A stretch of DNA of 64,000 nucleotides from Gemmatimonadaceae bacterium (GTDB lineage: Bacteria; Gemmatimonadota; Gemmatimonadetes; Gemmatimonadales; Gemmatimonadaceae). The notes beneath the pieces are model-generated. The model searched no databases and was not told the DNA's origin. It saw only the letters and a program-made list of their open reading frames with translations. The DNA is taken from positions 80,490-144,489 of the forward strand of contig JBBDYC010000008.1 in NCBI GenBank assembly GCA_040901985.1. The letters are read 5' to 3'. The position numbers and the translations under genes were made by a program. Below, one piece after another: positions 8,086 to 18,198 of this stretch. Positions within the stretch are counted from its first letter, which is position 1, and every line of letters starts with the position of its first letter.

Positions 8086-10443
8086 TCAGCGGGCGCGCTC
8101 GAGCGCCGCGAGCACGCGCCAGGGCGTCATCGGCAGTTCCAGCACGTCCACGCCCACCGCGTCGGCCACCGCGCCGGCAATTGCCGGCGCGGTCGGGATG
8201 ATAGCCGGCTCGGCGATCCCGCGCGCGCCGACGTGGTTGGCCTTGGGGTCGGCGCCGTCGAGAAAATGCCCGTCAATCTCGGGGATGTCGGCCATCGTCG
8301 GGATCTTGTAGGAGTGCAGCCCCGTGTTGAGCGGCAGACCCAGCCGCGCGTCGAGCGCACGCTCCTCGAAGAGCGCGAAGCCCAGTCCCTGGATGATTCC
8401 GCCCTCGAGCTGCGACTCGGCGAGCGTCGGGTTCACGATTCGCCCCGCGTCGTGTACGGCAACGATCCGCACCACGCGCACGATCCCGGTCTCGACGTCC
8501 ACCTCGACCTCGGCGAACTGCGCGCCGGTCGTGACGATTCCCGCGTCCTGCGGGTTGGGGCCACGCGAGCCCTGGCCGATGATCATCACGTTGCCGAGCT
8601 TGGCGGTGACGTCGCCGAAGCGCATCGCGCGGTCGGTGTCGCGGACGCGGACCTCGCCGTTGATGGTCTCGAGCGCATCCATCGGCGCGTCGAGCATCCC
8701 GGCGGCCGCCTCGACCAGCGCGCGCCGCGCGTCCTCGGCGGCCATCCGCACCGCGGGCGCCAGCGACGCGACGGTCATCGATCCCCACGAGTTGCCGGCG
8801 TAGGGGCCGCTCGCCGTGTCGCCGATCACCGCGCGCACCTTGGCGAGTTCGTGGCCGAGGGCCTCCGCCGCCACCTGGGTGAGGATCGTCCGCGTGCCGG
8901 TGCCGAGGTCCTGTGATCCGGTGAGGACGTCGGCGGTGCCGTCGGTGTTGATGCGCACCGTGGCGTACGAGGGCGGCCCGCCGCCGGTGGACCAGATCTG
9001 CGCCGCGACGCCCACGCCGCGTCGGAGGTGCGCGCGACCCGCGGGCGCGCCGCTCGCGGAGGTGCTTTCCGCGGCGCTGCCAGTCGCGGCGCGCCTTTCG
9101 CTCCAGCCAAACCGGCGTGCGCCCTCGGCGTAGCACTCGGCAAGCCGATTCCCCGTGTAGGGCCGGTCCTTCTTTTGGTCGCGTGTGGCGAGATTCCTTC
9201 GCCGGAGCTCGAGCGGATCCATCCCGAGAGCGCGCGCGAGCGCGTTCATCGCGATCTCCAGCCCCACCGCGCCCTCGGCGTGGCCCGGTGCGCGGAACGC
9301 CGCCATCGCCGCCGTGTTCACGAACGCGAACGTCTCCTGCGTGCGCACGTTGGGGCAGGCGTAGAGCTCGTGGTAGATCTCCCCCGGGCCGCCCTCCCAG
9401 CCGCCGATGCCGAGGGGCACCTCGGCGACCATCTCGATCGCGGTGAGGGTGCCGTCGCGGCGCGCGCCGAGCGTGACGCGCTGCGCGCTCGCGGGGCGGT
9501 TGCCGGTGTCCAACTGTTCACCCAGGCGGTCCACGACGCAGGCGACCGGACGTCCGAGCCGACGCGCGAAAAGCGCGGCGATGTAGGTGTGGGCGCCGGC
9601 GTAGTTCTTGGCGCCGAAGCCGCCGCCCATCGCCTCGCAGATCACGCGCACGTCGGTGAGCGGTAGCCCAAGCGCCTTGGCGACGTTGTCGCGCACGCGG
9701 TAGATGCCCTGCGTGCTCTCCCAGATCGTGACGCGGTTGTCCTCCCACTCGGCCACCGCGCTGTGCGGTTCAAGCGCGCTGTGGAGTGCGCACGGCGTGC
9801 GCACCTCGCGCGTGACGGTGACATCTGCTGCGGCGAGGCCGGCGACGACGTCGCCGCGCGCGTGTGTGCGCGGCTCGCCGAAGAGCAGGTTGCCCTTGAG
9901 ACCCGGGCGGACGGGTTGCTGTGCCGCGTCGGCGGCGATGGCGTCGGCGACCGTCACCGCGTGCGGCCGCGGCTCGATCTCGACGACCACGGCACGCGCC
10001 GCGCGCTCGGCGATCGCGCGCGTGGTGGCGCAGATGGCGGCAAGCGGTTGCCCGACGTAGGTGACTTCGCTCGAAAAAAGCCGTGTCCGCGCCGGGACGT
10101 CGGCGGCGAGCAGGACGTCGAGCACACCCGGCATCGCGAGTGCGGCGCTGGCGTCGAGCCGCGTGACCCGTCCGCGCGGGACCTTCGCGCGGACCATCAC
10201 CGCGTCGGCTTGGCGGGCCCGGCGCACGTCGGTTGTGTACGGGGAGCGCCCGCGCGCCTTGGCCTCGGCGTCCACGCGCACCGCACGCGCCCCGACGTGC
10301 GTGAGCCGGGCGTCGGGGCCCCACGGTTCAGGTTCGAACGCCGGCACCTCGACCACCAGCTCCTCGGTGCGGCCCTCGACTTCCACCGTGGTCCGGATGA
10401 AGCGCTGTTTCACGTGCGGCTGTTTCGCGCGAGGCTTCTTCAC
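8086..10443 (-). CDS. Xanthine dehydrogenase family molybdopterin-binding (large) subunit
   Basis: MGGGFGAK, AFRAPG, QDLGTG, QLEGGIIQGLG and GARGIAEP motifs; GTG start overlaps the small-subunit stop. Confidence 0.92.
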   Translation of the reverse strand: MKKPRAKQPHVKQRFIRTTVEVEGRTEELVVEVPAFEPEPWGPDARLTHVGARAVRVDAEAKARGRSPYTTDVRRARQADAVMVRAKVPRGRVTRLDASAALAMPGVLDVLLAADVPARTRLFSSEVTYVGQPLAAICATTRAIAERAARAVVVEIEPRPHAVTVADAIAADAAQQPVRPGLKGNLLFGEPRTHARGDVVAGLAAADVTVTREVRTPCALHSALEPHSAVAEWEDNRVTIWESTQGIYRVRDNVAKALGLPLTDVRVICEAMGGGFGAKNYAGAHTYIAALFARRLGRPVACVVDRLGEQLDTGNRPASAQRVTLGARRDGTLTAIEMVAEVPLGIGGWEGGPGEIYHELYACPNVRTQETFAFVNTAAMAAFRAPGHAEGAVGLEIAMNALARALGMDPLELRRRNLATRDQKKDRPYTGNRLAECYAEGARRFGWSERRAATGSAAESTSASGAPAGRAHLRRGVGVAAQIWSTGGGPPSYATVRINTDGTADVLTGSQDLGTGTRTILTQVAAEALGHELAKVRAVIGDTASGPYAGNSWGSMTVASLAPAVRMAAEDARRALVEAAAGMLDAPMDALETINGEVRVRDTDRAMRFGDVTAKLGNVMIIGQGSRGPNPQDAGIVTTGAQFAEVEVDVETGIVRVVRIVAVHDAGRIVNPTLAESQLEGGIIQGLGFALFEERALDARLGLPLNTGLHSYKIPTMADIPEIDGHFLDGADPKANHVGARGIAEPAIIPTAPAIAGAVADAVGVDVLELPMTPWRVLAALERAR

Positions 10444-10898
10444 GTGCGCATCGCGGCGGCGGCCCGCCGCACGGCCTTCACGATCTTCGGGTAGGTCCCG
10501 CAGCGGCAGAGGTTTCCGCTCATCGCCGCGCGGATCTCGTCGTCGGTCGGGTCGGGGGTGGCCGCCAGCAACGCCGCCGCGGCCATCAGCTGTCCGGGTG
10601 TGCAGAACCCGCACTGCACGGCATCCTCGCGGGCGAATGCGTCCTGGAGCGGATGGGCATCGGCGCCGGTGGCGAGACCTTCGATCGTGGTCACCCGCTG
10701 GCCGTCGCACCCGTTGGCGAGCGTGACGCAGGAATAGACCGGGTCGCCGTCGAGGAGCACCGTGCAGGCGCCGCATTCGCCGCGGTCGCAGACGCGCTTG
10801 GTCCCGGTCAGCCCGAAGTGGTTCCGGAGCAGGTCGAGAAGGGTGACGTCGCCCGCGGGGTCCGCCGTCAGCTCGCGGCCGTTCAGATGGAGTCGCAC
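10440..10898 (-). CDS. Xanthine dehydrogenase family 2x[2Fe-2S] (small) subunit
   Basis: GTKRVCDRGECGACTV, QCGFCTPG and GNLCRCGTY. Confidence 0.93.
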   Translation of the reverse strand: MRLHLNGRELTADPAGDVTLLDLLRNHFGLTGTKRVCDRGECGACTVLLDGDPVYSCVTLANGCDGQRVTTIEGLATGADAHPLQDAFAREDAVQCGFCTPGQLMAAAALLAATPDPTDDEIRAAMSGNLCRCGTYPKIVKAVRRAAAAMRT

Positions 10899-11024
10899 CT
10901 CAGGGATTTACCGGGACGCGCGAGGACTGTCCAGCCGCCGTGACGCGTCGGGGTGCCGTACCGTCCTTGGTTCGCCTATCTTCAGCCCGTAGGCGCCCGC
11001 GTTGGCACTCCCACTGAGGACCGC

Positions 11025-11288
11025 ATGCCGTACGTGATCACGGAAGCCTGCATCAACACCAAGGACCGGTCCTGCGTGGACGTCTGTCCGGTGGATTGCA
11101 TATATGAGGGTCCGGACCAGCTCTTCATCCACCCCGACGAGTGCATTGACTGCGGCGCGTGCGAGCCGGAGTGTCCGGTGACGGCAATCTTCCCGGAAGA
11201 GGACGTGCCGGCGAACCTCAAGAGCTACATCGCGCTCAACCGCGAGGTCTTTGAGAAGGAGCCGAAGCCGGGGCGGCCGCAACGCTGA
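11025..11288 (+). CDS. Ferredoxin (FdxA-type 7Fe/8Fe)
   Basis: [33 protein letters not shown]...[13 protein letters not shown]. Confidence 0.93.
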   Translation: MPYVITEACINTKDRSCVDVCPVDCIYEGPDQLFIHPDECIDCGACEPECPVTAIFPEEDVPANLKSYIALNREVFEKEPKPGRPQR

Positions 11289-11303
11289 CTACCCTTTCCC
11301 CTT

Positions 11304-11915
11304 TCACCTCAAGTCCAGCCTGTCCTTCAGCACAAAGAGCGAGATGATCACGATGTATTGAAGGAAGGTGCTGATCTCGCTCTTCCACGCCTCGGCCCAG
11401 TAGAACTCGCCGTCGCTGCGGCCCGTCGGCGGCCGTGGCATCCAGCGCGGGGTGCGCGCCTTGTAGGCGAGGTACTCGCCGGCGAAGATGCTCTCCAGCA
11501 CGCCCTCCTCATAGCGCACGATGTAGTAGTATTCGAGCGCGAAGATCACCGCGGCGACGGGGAGGAACCAGAGGACGCCGCTCAGCGTGATGATTCCCAT
11601 CCAGATGAGAAAGTTGCCGTTGTAGAGCGGGTTGCGGCTCCAGGCAAAGGGACCGTGGGTGACGAGCTTCTGCACGTCGCGCGAACGGCGGCGGGTCACG
11701 GTGCCGGCCGTCGCCACGCCCCAGAGCCGCCACGCCTCGCCGAGCACCATCAGCGCCGCGGCGATCCAGGTCGTGCACGGCGTCATCCCTCCGCTCGAGA
11801 GGAGCGGGACAAGGAGGAACGGCACCGGCAGCCAGCCGCGGTTGCGGAATATCACGGCGCCGATGCGCGCGGCCTGGGTCTGTTCGGCGGCGCTCGGACC
11901 GGCGGGAGCCGACAT
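11304..11915 (-). CDS. Isoprenylcysteine carboxylmethyltransferase (ICMT/PEMT) family membrane methyltransferase
   Basis: LVTHGPFAWSRNPLYNGN, YEEGVL and Y..Y..RTPRW motifs. Confidence 0.85.
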   Translation of the reverse strand: MSAPAGPSAAEQTQAARIGAVIFRNRGWLPVPFLLVPLLSSGGMTPCTTWIAAALMVLGEAWRLWGVATAGTVTRRRSRDVQKLVTHGPFAWSRNPLYNGNFLIWMGIITLSGVLWFLPVAAVIFALEYYYIVRYEEGVLESIFAGEYLAYKARTPRWMPRPPTGRSDGEFYWAEAWKSEISTFLQYIVIISLFVLKDRLDLR

Positions 11916-12706
11916 CAGCGCACGCTCGCCGTGATGAATCCGGAGAGCAGGGCGTTGAAGGCGGCGGGATGTTCGACGCAGCTGGCGTGGCCGGCGCCGG
12001 GAATCACCGCCAGCTGGCTCTTGGCGATCGCCTTGTGCATCGCCTCCGACTCGGCCACCGGCGTCAGCGCGTCCTCGGCGCCGCAGATGATCAGCGTCGG
12101 CACGAGGATCGTCGCGAGGGTCGGCGTGGAATCGTCGCGCGTGCGCATCGCGTCGAGTGCGTCGGTGATTGCCTCCACGCTGCACGCGCGCATCATTTCG
12201 TCGAGCAGGGCGACGGCCGTTGGCCGCGTCTCACGCGTCGTCTTGCCGACCATTCCGGGGAGCATCTTCTCTGCGACCGCGCCGGCGCCGTGGGCCGCCG
12301 CGAGCGCCTGCATCTCCAAGCGCTTGGCCTTGCCTTCGGCGGAATCGGCGCCGGCCTTCGTGTCGGCGAGCACGAGCGCGGTCACGCGTTCGGGGTGACG
12401 CCGCCAGATCGCGAAGGTGAGGTAGCCGCCCATCGAGAGGCCGCCCACCACCACGTGGTCGAGGCCGAGCGCATCGCAGAACGCCATCGCCCAGTCGGCC
12501 CACGCGTCGAGCGACGGCACGTCCACGCGCTGACTCTCGCCGAACCCCGGGAGGTCGGGCGCGATGAGTCGCACGCCTTCGGGCGGCGCGGCGAGTTGCG
12601 CGGCCCAGAACGACCGGTCGTGCGGGAAGCCGTGGAGCAGGAGCATCGGGAGCCCGGCCCCGGCCTCGTCGAACCCCACCGTCCCCGCCTTGGTGGCGAT
12701 GATCAC
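11915..12706 (-). CDS. Alpha/beta fold hydrolase
   Basis: LLLHGFP, PDLPGFGES, GLSMGG nucleophile elbow, GAGH. Confidence 0.92.
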   Translation of the reverse strand: MIIATKAGTVGFDEAGAGLPMLLLHGFPHDRSFWAAQLAAPPEGVRLIAPDLPGFGESQRVDVPSLDAWADWAMAFCDALGLDHVVVGGLSMGGYLTFAIWRRHPERVTALVLADTKAGADSAEGKAKRLEMQALAAAHGAGAVAEKMLPGMVGKTTRETRPTAVALLDEMMRACSVEAITDALDAMRTRDDSTPTLATILVPTLIICGAEDALTPVAESEAMHKAIAKSQLAVIPGAGHASCVEHPAAFNALLSGFITASVR

Positions 12707-13821
12707 AGCTCCTTCCCCCCGGGCACCGGCATCTCGACCGTCGGCAGCGGCGGCAACTCGTCGTCCACCCAGAGCGTCCGCACCGCCACGACGGCGGTGG
12801 CAAGGAGCGGGATGGCCACAAAGAGGCCGAGGAAGCCGAACACGTACGCCATCACCACCTGGGTGATGAGCGTCAGCGCCGGCGGCAGGTCGAGCTGCTC
12901 GCTCATCAGGTACGGGATGAGGAGATTGTTCTCGAGGAACTGGATGCCCCAGTAGACGGCGGCTACCGTGAGCGCTTTTTCCGGGGAGTCCACGAAGCCC
13001 ATCAGCACGGCCGGCACGCCAGCCAATAGCGGCCCGATGTTGGGAATGAACTCAAAGAGGCCGGCGAGCACGCCGAGCGGCAGCGCTGCGCGCACGTCGA
13101 GGAGCAAGAGGACGAGCGTCGTCACGGCGCCGATCACCAACATCGCAATCAACTGCGTGGCGAACCAGGTGCGGAGGACGGTGCCGAGCTTGGCGAGGAG
13201 TTCGGCAACGCGGTCGCGACGCTCCAGCGGTACGAGGAGGAGGGCGCCGCGGCGATAGACGCCGGGGTCGGCGGCGACGTACAGCGCAAGGAAGATCACG
13301 AGGACGACGGCCGCGGCGACGAGCACCGTGGACTGCAGCACGCCGAACGCAAAATCGGTGAGCTGCGGGGCGTTCTTGGAGACCATCGCCACGAGCCGGC
13401 TCCCGCCAGCGCTGTCGGCAGGCGCGATCATATCGAGCAGCTGGGGCTGGCTCGCCACAAGCGCGTTCTCGATCTTCACCAGCGCCTCGGGGAGCTTGGT
13501 GCGCAGTTCGTGCGACTGCTCGACGAGCGCCGGGCCTGACCAGACGACGAAGACCACAAAAAGTCCGACGATGCCGAAGACCACGCCGGCGGCGACGATC
13601 TGCCGCCGGATCTGTGCGCGGGCGCAGATCCAGTCCACCGCCCGCGCCGCCGAGAGCCCGAGGAGGATGCCGAGGAAGGCGGTGAGGACGAGGAACCGCG
13701 CCGCCCAGAGGAGTTGGAGGGCGACCAGGGTTGCGACCACGATGAGGGCGGCGCGGACGAGGTCGGTGGAGCCGAGCGGACGCTCTGGGCGCGGGGCTTG
13801 GATGCTGGAGGTCAGGCGCAT
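12703..13821 (-). CDS. AI-2E family transporter
   Basis: Multi-TM; FIPNIGP, QFLENNLLIP and GFLGLFVAIPL. Confidence 0.9.
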   Translation of the reverse strand: MRLTSSIQAPRPERPLGSTDLVRAALIVVATLVALQLLWAARFLVLTAFLGILLGLSAARAVDWICARAQIRRQIVAAGVVFGIVGLFVVFVVWSGPALVEQSHELRTKLPEALVKIENALVASQPQLLDMIAPADSAGGSRLVAMVSKNAPQLTDFAFGVLQSTVLVAAAVVLVIFLALYVAADPGVYRRGALLLVPLERRDRVAELLAKLGTVLRTWFATQLIAMLVIGAVTTLVLLLLDVRAALPLGVLAGLFEFIPNIGPLLAGVPAVLMGFVDSPEKALTVAAVYWGIQFLENNLLIPYLMSEQLDLPPALTLITQVVMAYVFGFLGLFVAIPLLATAVVAVRTLWVDDELPPLPTVEMPVPGGKEL

Positions 13822-13927
13822 CGGGACGAGGTGGAGGTGGCCAGCCCGGAGAAGTAGGCGGGTGCGGATGCGTGGGGCAAGGGCCCCACCGTTAGATTGG
13901 GGTCACCCCGCACCCAAGCCCATTTTC

Positions 13928-15100
13928 GTGTCTCGCGCCGCCGCCCCCGCCGCCACCTACCTCGACTCGGACTCCGGGGTCGAACAATGGCTCGCGGACG
14001 CGCGCAAGGCATCGCGCATCGCGCTCGACACCGAGGGGGCGAGCTTCCATCGGTTCGTGGACCGGATCTATCTCCTCCAGCTCTCCACTGCCGACCGGCA
14101 CGCGATCATTGACCCCCTCTCGATCCGCAAGCCGGGGTTGCTCGGCGAGATTGTCGAGGATCCGAAGATTGAGGTCGTCTTTCACGATGCCGACTACGAC
14201 CTCCGACTGCTCTACCAGGACTACGGTTGGCAGATCCGGAACGTCTTCGACACGCGGATCGCGGCGCAGCTCCTCGGGTTGAAGGCGTTCGGCCTCGCCT
14301 CGCTCCTCGAGCAGCGCTTCGGCGTGAAGCTCAACAAGAAGCATCAGCGCGCCGACTGGTCCATGCGCCCGCTCACCGCCGACATGCTCGATTACGCCGC
14401 GCAGGACACGATCCACCTGCTCGGCCTGCGCGACCAGCTGCACGACGAGCTGAAGGCGAAGCGCCGGCTGTCCTGGGCGAAGGAGGAGTTCGAGCGGCTC
14501 GAATCCATCCGCTGGGCGGCGGACGAGTCGGGGAACGGGTTCCTGAAGGTGAAGGGCGCGCGCGACCTTGCGCGGCGCGAGCTGGCGGTCTTCCGCGAAC
14601 TCGTCCAGTGGCGGGACGCGGCGGCGTTGCGGCTCGACCGCGCCACCTTCCGCGTCGTGTCGAACGAGGTGCTCTTCGAGGCGGCGCGGACGAACCCTGG
14701 GACGAAGGCCGCGCTCGGCAAGATCAAGGGGATGCCGCGCGGGATCCTCGAGCGCTCGGGCGACGAGATGCTCGCCGCGGTGGCGCGCGGACTCGCGGTG
14801 GCCGAGGGCGACCTCCCGAAGTTCCCGAAGTCGGCGCGGTGGGACCGCGACCCCGACTTCGACCACAAGGTCGGGGCGTTGAAGGCGGTGCGCGACGCGG
14901 CGGCGGCGCGGCTCGACCTCGACCCCGGCGTGCTCTGCTCGCGCGAGCGGATGGAGACGGTCGCGCGCCTGCTGCCGGCCGAACCCGATGCGCTCGCGAC
15001 GATCCCAGAGTTCCGGCGCTGGCAGGTCGAGGAGCTCGGCGCGGGGTTCGTCGGCGCGCTCAAGCCGTGGCGGAAGAAGGAGTCGCCGTACCGGGAGTGA
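13928..15100 (+). CDS. rnd: Ribonuclease D (3'-5' exonuclease plus HRDC)
   Basis: ALDTE, VFHDADYD, FDTRIAA, DWSMRPL..MLDYAAQD; HRDC region. Confidence 0.9.
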   Translation: MSRAAAPAATYLDSDSGVEQWLADARKASRIALDTEGASFHRFVDRIYLLQLSTADRHAIIDPLSIRKPGLLGEIVEDPKIEVVFHDADYDLRLLYQDYGWQIRNVFDTRIAAQLLGLKAFGLASLLEQRFGVKLNKKHQRADWSMRPLTADMLDYAAQDTIHLLGLRDQLHDELKAKRRLSWAKEEFERLESIRWAADESGNGFLKVKGARDLARRELAVFRELVQWRDAAALRLDRATFRVVSNEVLFEAARTNPGTKAALGKIKGMPRGILERSGDEMLAAVARGLAVAEGDLPKFPKSARWDRDPDFDHKVGALKAVRDAAAARLDLDPGVLCSRERMETVARLLPAEPDALATIPEFRRWQVEELGAGFVGALKPWRKKESPYRE

Positions 15101-15113
15101 GCGGGGCGCGTCC

Positions 15114-15449
15114 CTAGAATCCGAGGTACGCCCTGACCCGCGGCTCGATCCGCTCCGGCGACCAGGGCGGCGACCAGACGAGATTCATCGTCACCGCGCC
15201 CACGCCGGCAATCGCCTTCAACTGCTCCTCGGCGTCCTTCATTATCTCCGGCCCTGACGGACAGCCCGGCGACGTGAGCGACATATCCACGTCCACGTCG
15301 TTTCCCTCGACACGGATCTCGTAGATCAGCCCGAGGTCGAGGATGTTGAGGTTGAGCTCGGGGTCCTTCACGCGCCGGAGCGCGAGCTTCACCTGGTCCT
15401 CGGTGAGCGCGGGCGTGGCGTCGGGCAGCGGGGCGGTGGTCTCGCTCAT
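15114..15449 (-). CDS. DUF59/SufT-like Fe-S cluster assembly factor
   Basis: VKDPELNLNILDLGLIY, TSPGCP and LVWSPPW. Confidence 0.92.
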   Translation of the reverse strand: MSETTAPLPDATPALTEDQVKLALRRVKDPELNLNILDLGLIYEIRVEGNDVDVDMSLTSPGCPSGPEIMKDAEEQLKAIAGVGAVTMNLVWSPPWSPERIEPRVRAYLGF

Positions 15450-16792
15450 TGCGGTCGCTCGAGGTCGCTGGCGTCGGGACTCGACGGGGCGGCCTGCCGC
15501 GGCAGGGTCGTCGGCCGGCGTTCGGCGACGCGCGTCGGCGGGCGCCAGTCGGCCGCCTGGTCCACCCGGAAGGTGCGCGGCCAGGCCACCTGGCGGAGCG
15601 TCGGCACATCCATAATCGAGAGCGCGGCCGCGTCGGCCACGTCGTGCCGCACGTCGGCGATGATGATCCCCGGCCGCCGCGCGCGCGCCGCGTGCACGCG
15701 GTTGGTCATCAGCACCACGAAGAGCTGACGGTCGGGGTCAATCCAGATCGAGGTCCCGGTGTACCCGACGTGTCCGTACGCGTTGGCGCCGAGGAACTCG
15801 CCCGACCCGCGCTCGCCGGCGGCGACCTCCCAGCCGAGCGTGCGGTTGTCGCGCACGTGCGTGGTGAAGAGGCGCACGGTCGAGTCGGCAATCAGCCGCA
15901 CGCCGTTGTAGATGCCGCGATTCACCATCATCTGGGCGAAGATTGCCACGTCGGTGGCGCTGCCGAAGAGTCCGGCGTGTCCGGAGACGCCGCCGAGCGT
16001 GTACGCCGACTCGTCGTGCACCTCGGCGCAGAGCGAGTAGCCGCGCGGCGGGTTCGTCTCGGTCGGCGCGATGCGCGCGCGCACCTCACCCGGTGGCCGG
16101 AAGAAGGTGTCGTGCATCCCCAGCGGCGCGAAGATGCGCGTCTCGGCAAGGCGATCGAGCGGCATCCCGCTCAGGCGCTCGATCACCTTGCCCATTATCG
16201 CCGCGCCGAGGTCGGAATAGGTCATCGTGTGCATCGGCGGGAGCTGCGCCGGCGCCTGCATCATCTGTTGCCACGCTTCCTCGGGGGAGTTCGCGGTGAG
16301 CCAGAGGCGGCGGCCGGCGGGGAGGCCGGCGTGATGGCTCAACAGGTGGCGGACGCGGATCCGTTGCTTCCCCGGACCGGTGAACTCGGGAAGGATGTCC
16401 ACCACCCGCGCGTCGAGGTCGAGCTTCCCTTCGTCGTAGAGGATCATCGCCGCCGTGGCAATGACAATCGGCTTGGTGAGCGAGGCGAGGTCGTAGATCG
16501 TCTGTTGCGCGCCCACCGGCGTGCTGCCGTTGGACCAGCTTTGCCGGCCGTACCCCTTCTGCCAGACGGCCGCGCCGTTCCGCCCGATGACGACGGCCGC
16601 CCCGGGGTACGCGCCGGCGGCAATCCCCCGCCCGATGATCCGGTCCACCTCGGCCAACCGTTCGGCGCTCATCCCGACCGTCCAGGGCGCGCGGACGGGG
16701 ACTCCGGCTGGGGCCTGCGGCGCCTGCGGCGCCTGGGGCGCCGGGCGCTGCAGGAGGAGGGTTCCGGCCAGGGAGACGAGCGGGAGCAGCAT
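15446..16792 (-). CDS. Serine hydrolase, beta-lactamase/class C-like
   Basis: DLASLTK (SxxK), YSD, GHAGLF and GHVGYTG; signal-like N-terminus from ATG 16792. Confidence 0.88.
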   Translation of the reverse strand: MLLPLVSLAGTLLLQRPAPQAPQAPQAPAGVPVRAPWTVGMSAERLAEVDRIIGRGIAAGAYPGAAVVIGRNGAAVWQKGYGRQSWSNGSTPVGAQQTIYDLASLTKPIVIATAAMILYDEGKLDLDARVVDILPEFTGPGKQRIRVRHLLSHHAGLPAGRRLWLTANSPEEAWQQMMQAPAQLPPMHTMTYSDLGAAIMGKVIERLSGMPLDRLAETRIFAPLGMHDTFFRPPGEVRARIAPTETNPPRGYSLCAEVHDESAYTLGGVSGHAGLFGSATDVAIFAQMMVNRGIYNGVRLIADSTVRLFTTHVRDNRTLGWEVAAGERGSGEFLGANAYGHVGYTGTSIWIDPDRQLFVVLMTNRVHAARARRPGIIIADVRHDVADAAALSIMDVPTLRQVAWPRTFRVDQAADWRPPTRVAERRPTTLPRQAAPSSPDASDLERPQ

Positions 16793-16865
16793 ATGCCTCA
16801 GTCTAGCCCGGCCCCGCCGGGAGGCAACCCTTGTACCGGGGGGTGTGACCCATCCAGTGTAAGGT

Positions 16866-17441
16866 ATGGCCACCGACCCCCTCACCATCCGACGCGCCAT
16901 CGCCGGCGACGAGTCGGCGTTGCGCTCGCTCTGGGTGGAGCACGCGCCACGCATTGACGCGGTCGTGCGGCGGTTGGTGGGCGACCCGGATCAGGCGGCG
17001 GACATCGCGCAGGAGGTCTGGATCCAGATCTTCCGCGCGCTCCCCAGCTGGCGGGGGGATTCGCAGTTCTCCACCTGGGCGCACCGGATTGCGGTGAATC
17101 GGACGCTGAACGCACTGCGCACCGTGCGGCGGCTGGCGAAGATCGAGGTGGTGATGGAGGACGACACGGTCTCGGTGGACGACGATCCGGATCGCCCTTT
17201 CCTCGCCCAGTCAATAGACGAGGCGGTACAGCAACTTTCTCCCGGCGCGCGGACGGTGTTCGTGATGCACGACGTGGACGGATACACGCACGAGGAAATC
17301 GCCCAGGAACTGGGCATCACCACGGGCGGTTCGAAGTCACAGCTCTTCAAGGCACGCGCGAAGCTCCGCCGGCTGCTCGCGCATTTGGTGGATGCCCCAT
17401 CCCCGGCGAAGGACCAGGAACATGTCACACCTTTCGATTGA
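16866..17441 (+). CDS. ECF RNA polymerase sigma factor
   Basis: DIAQEVW, FSTWAHRIAVN and YTHEEIA..LG...G.SKSQL.KAR. Confidence 0.93.
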   Translation: MATDPLTIRRAIAGDESALRSLWVEHAPRIDAVVRRLVGDPDQAADIAQEVWIQIFRALPSWRGDSQFSTWAHRIAVNRTLNALRTVRRLAKIEVVMEDDTVSVDDDPDRPFLAQSIDEAVQQLSPGARTVFVMHDVDGYTHEEIAQELGITTGGSKSQLFKARAKLRRLLAHLVDAPSPAKDQEHVTPFD

Positions 17442-18198
17442 CCGACTGGCCGCGATTGCGGACGACACCCCGACCCCGGACGAGGCGACGCATCTCGCCG
17501 GGTGCTGGGATTGCCGGGCCGAGGTCGCGGCGTACCGCCGACTGGCGCGGATGAGCGCGATGGCGCCCTTGCCGACGGAGCCGCTGACCGCGTGGTCGCG
17601 GCTGGCACCGCAGCTGCGCGCCGAGGGCTTGATCACCGACGCCGCGGGGGCCGCGGGCGGTGCGGCAGCGGGCGGCGCAGGCGGCGGCGCAGGCGGCGCA
17701 GGCGGCGGGCGTCGCGATGCAGGCGTCGTCCCGCTCTTCTCGCGCAGGCCGATACTGCAGAGCTGGGCCGTGCGCGCGGCGGCGGGGCTCGCGCTGGTGC
17801 TCGGCGGCGCGCTGGTCGGCCGGCTCTCGACCGGGGTGCCGTTTGGGACCGCCGGGGGCGATCTGCTGGCCGGCGCGTCACCGGTGCCGGCGGCCTTTGC
17901 CTCGAGCGACGAGGCGCTGGAGGTGCTGACGGTGGCGCAGCAGCGGTACCAGTCGGCGGCGGCGTTCCTCGCATCGCAGGACACCTCCGCGCGCTTCATC
18001 GGGATGAACCAGGATTCGTATCGGGCGCGACTCGCCGCGCTCGACGAGATTGCCGCGACCGCGCGCGCCGCGCTCTACCGCGCGCCGCAGGATCCGATGC
18101 TCAACCAGTACTACCTGACCACGCTCGGCGCGCGCGAGGCGACGCTGCGGGAGATCGGGGCCAGCCTGCCGGAGACGCGCCGGCTGGAGCGGTACTGA
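17422..18198 (+). CDS. Putative ZAS-type transmembrane anti-sigma factor
   Basis: HLAGCWDC (HxxxCxxC), Gly/Ala linker, one TM; overlaps the sigma 3' end. Confidence 0.78.
   Translation: MSHLSIDRLAAIADDTPTPDEATHLAGCWDCRAEVAAYRRLARMSAMAPLPTEPLTAWSRLAPQLRAEGLITDAAGAAGGAAAGGAGGGAGGAGGGRRDAGVVPLFSRRPILQSWAVRAAAGLALVLGGALVGRLSTGVPFGTAGGDLLAGASPVPAAFASSDEALEVLTVAQQRYQSAAAFLASQDTSARFIGMNQDSYRARLAALDEIAATARAALYRAPQDPMLNQYYLTTLGAREATLREIGASLPETRRLERY

Noticed and set aside
17670..17710. ggcggcgca repeats
   Set aside because: Gly/Ala low-complexity linker within the anti-sigma gene.
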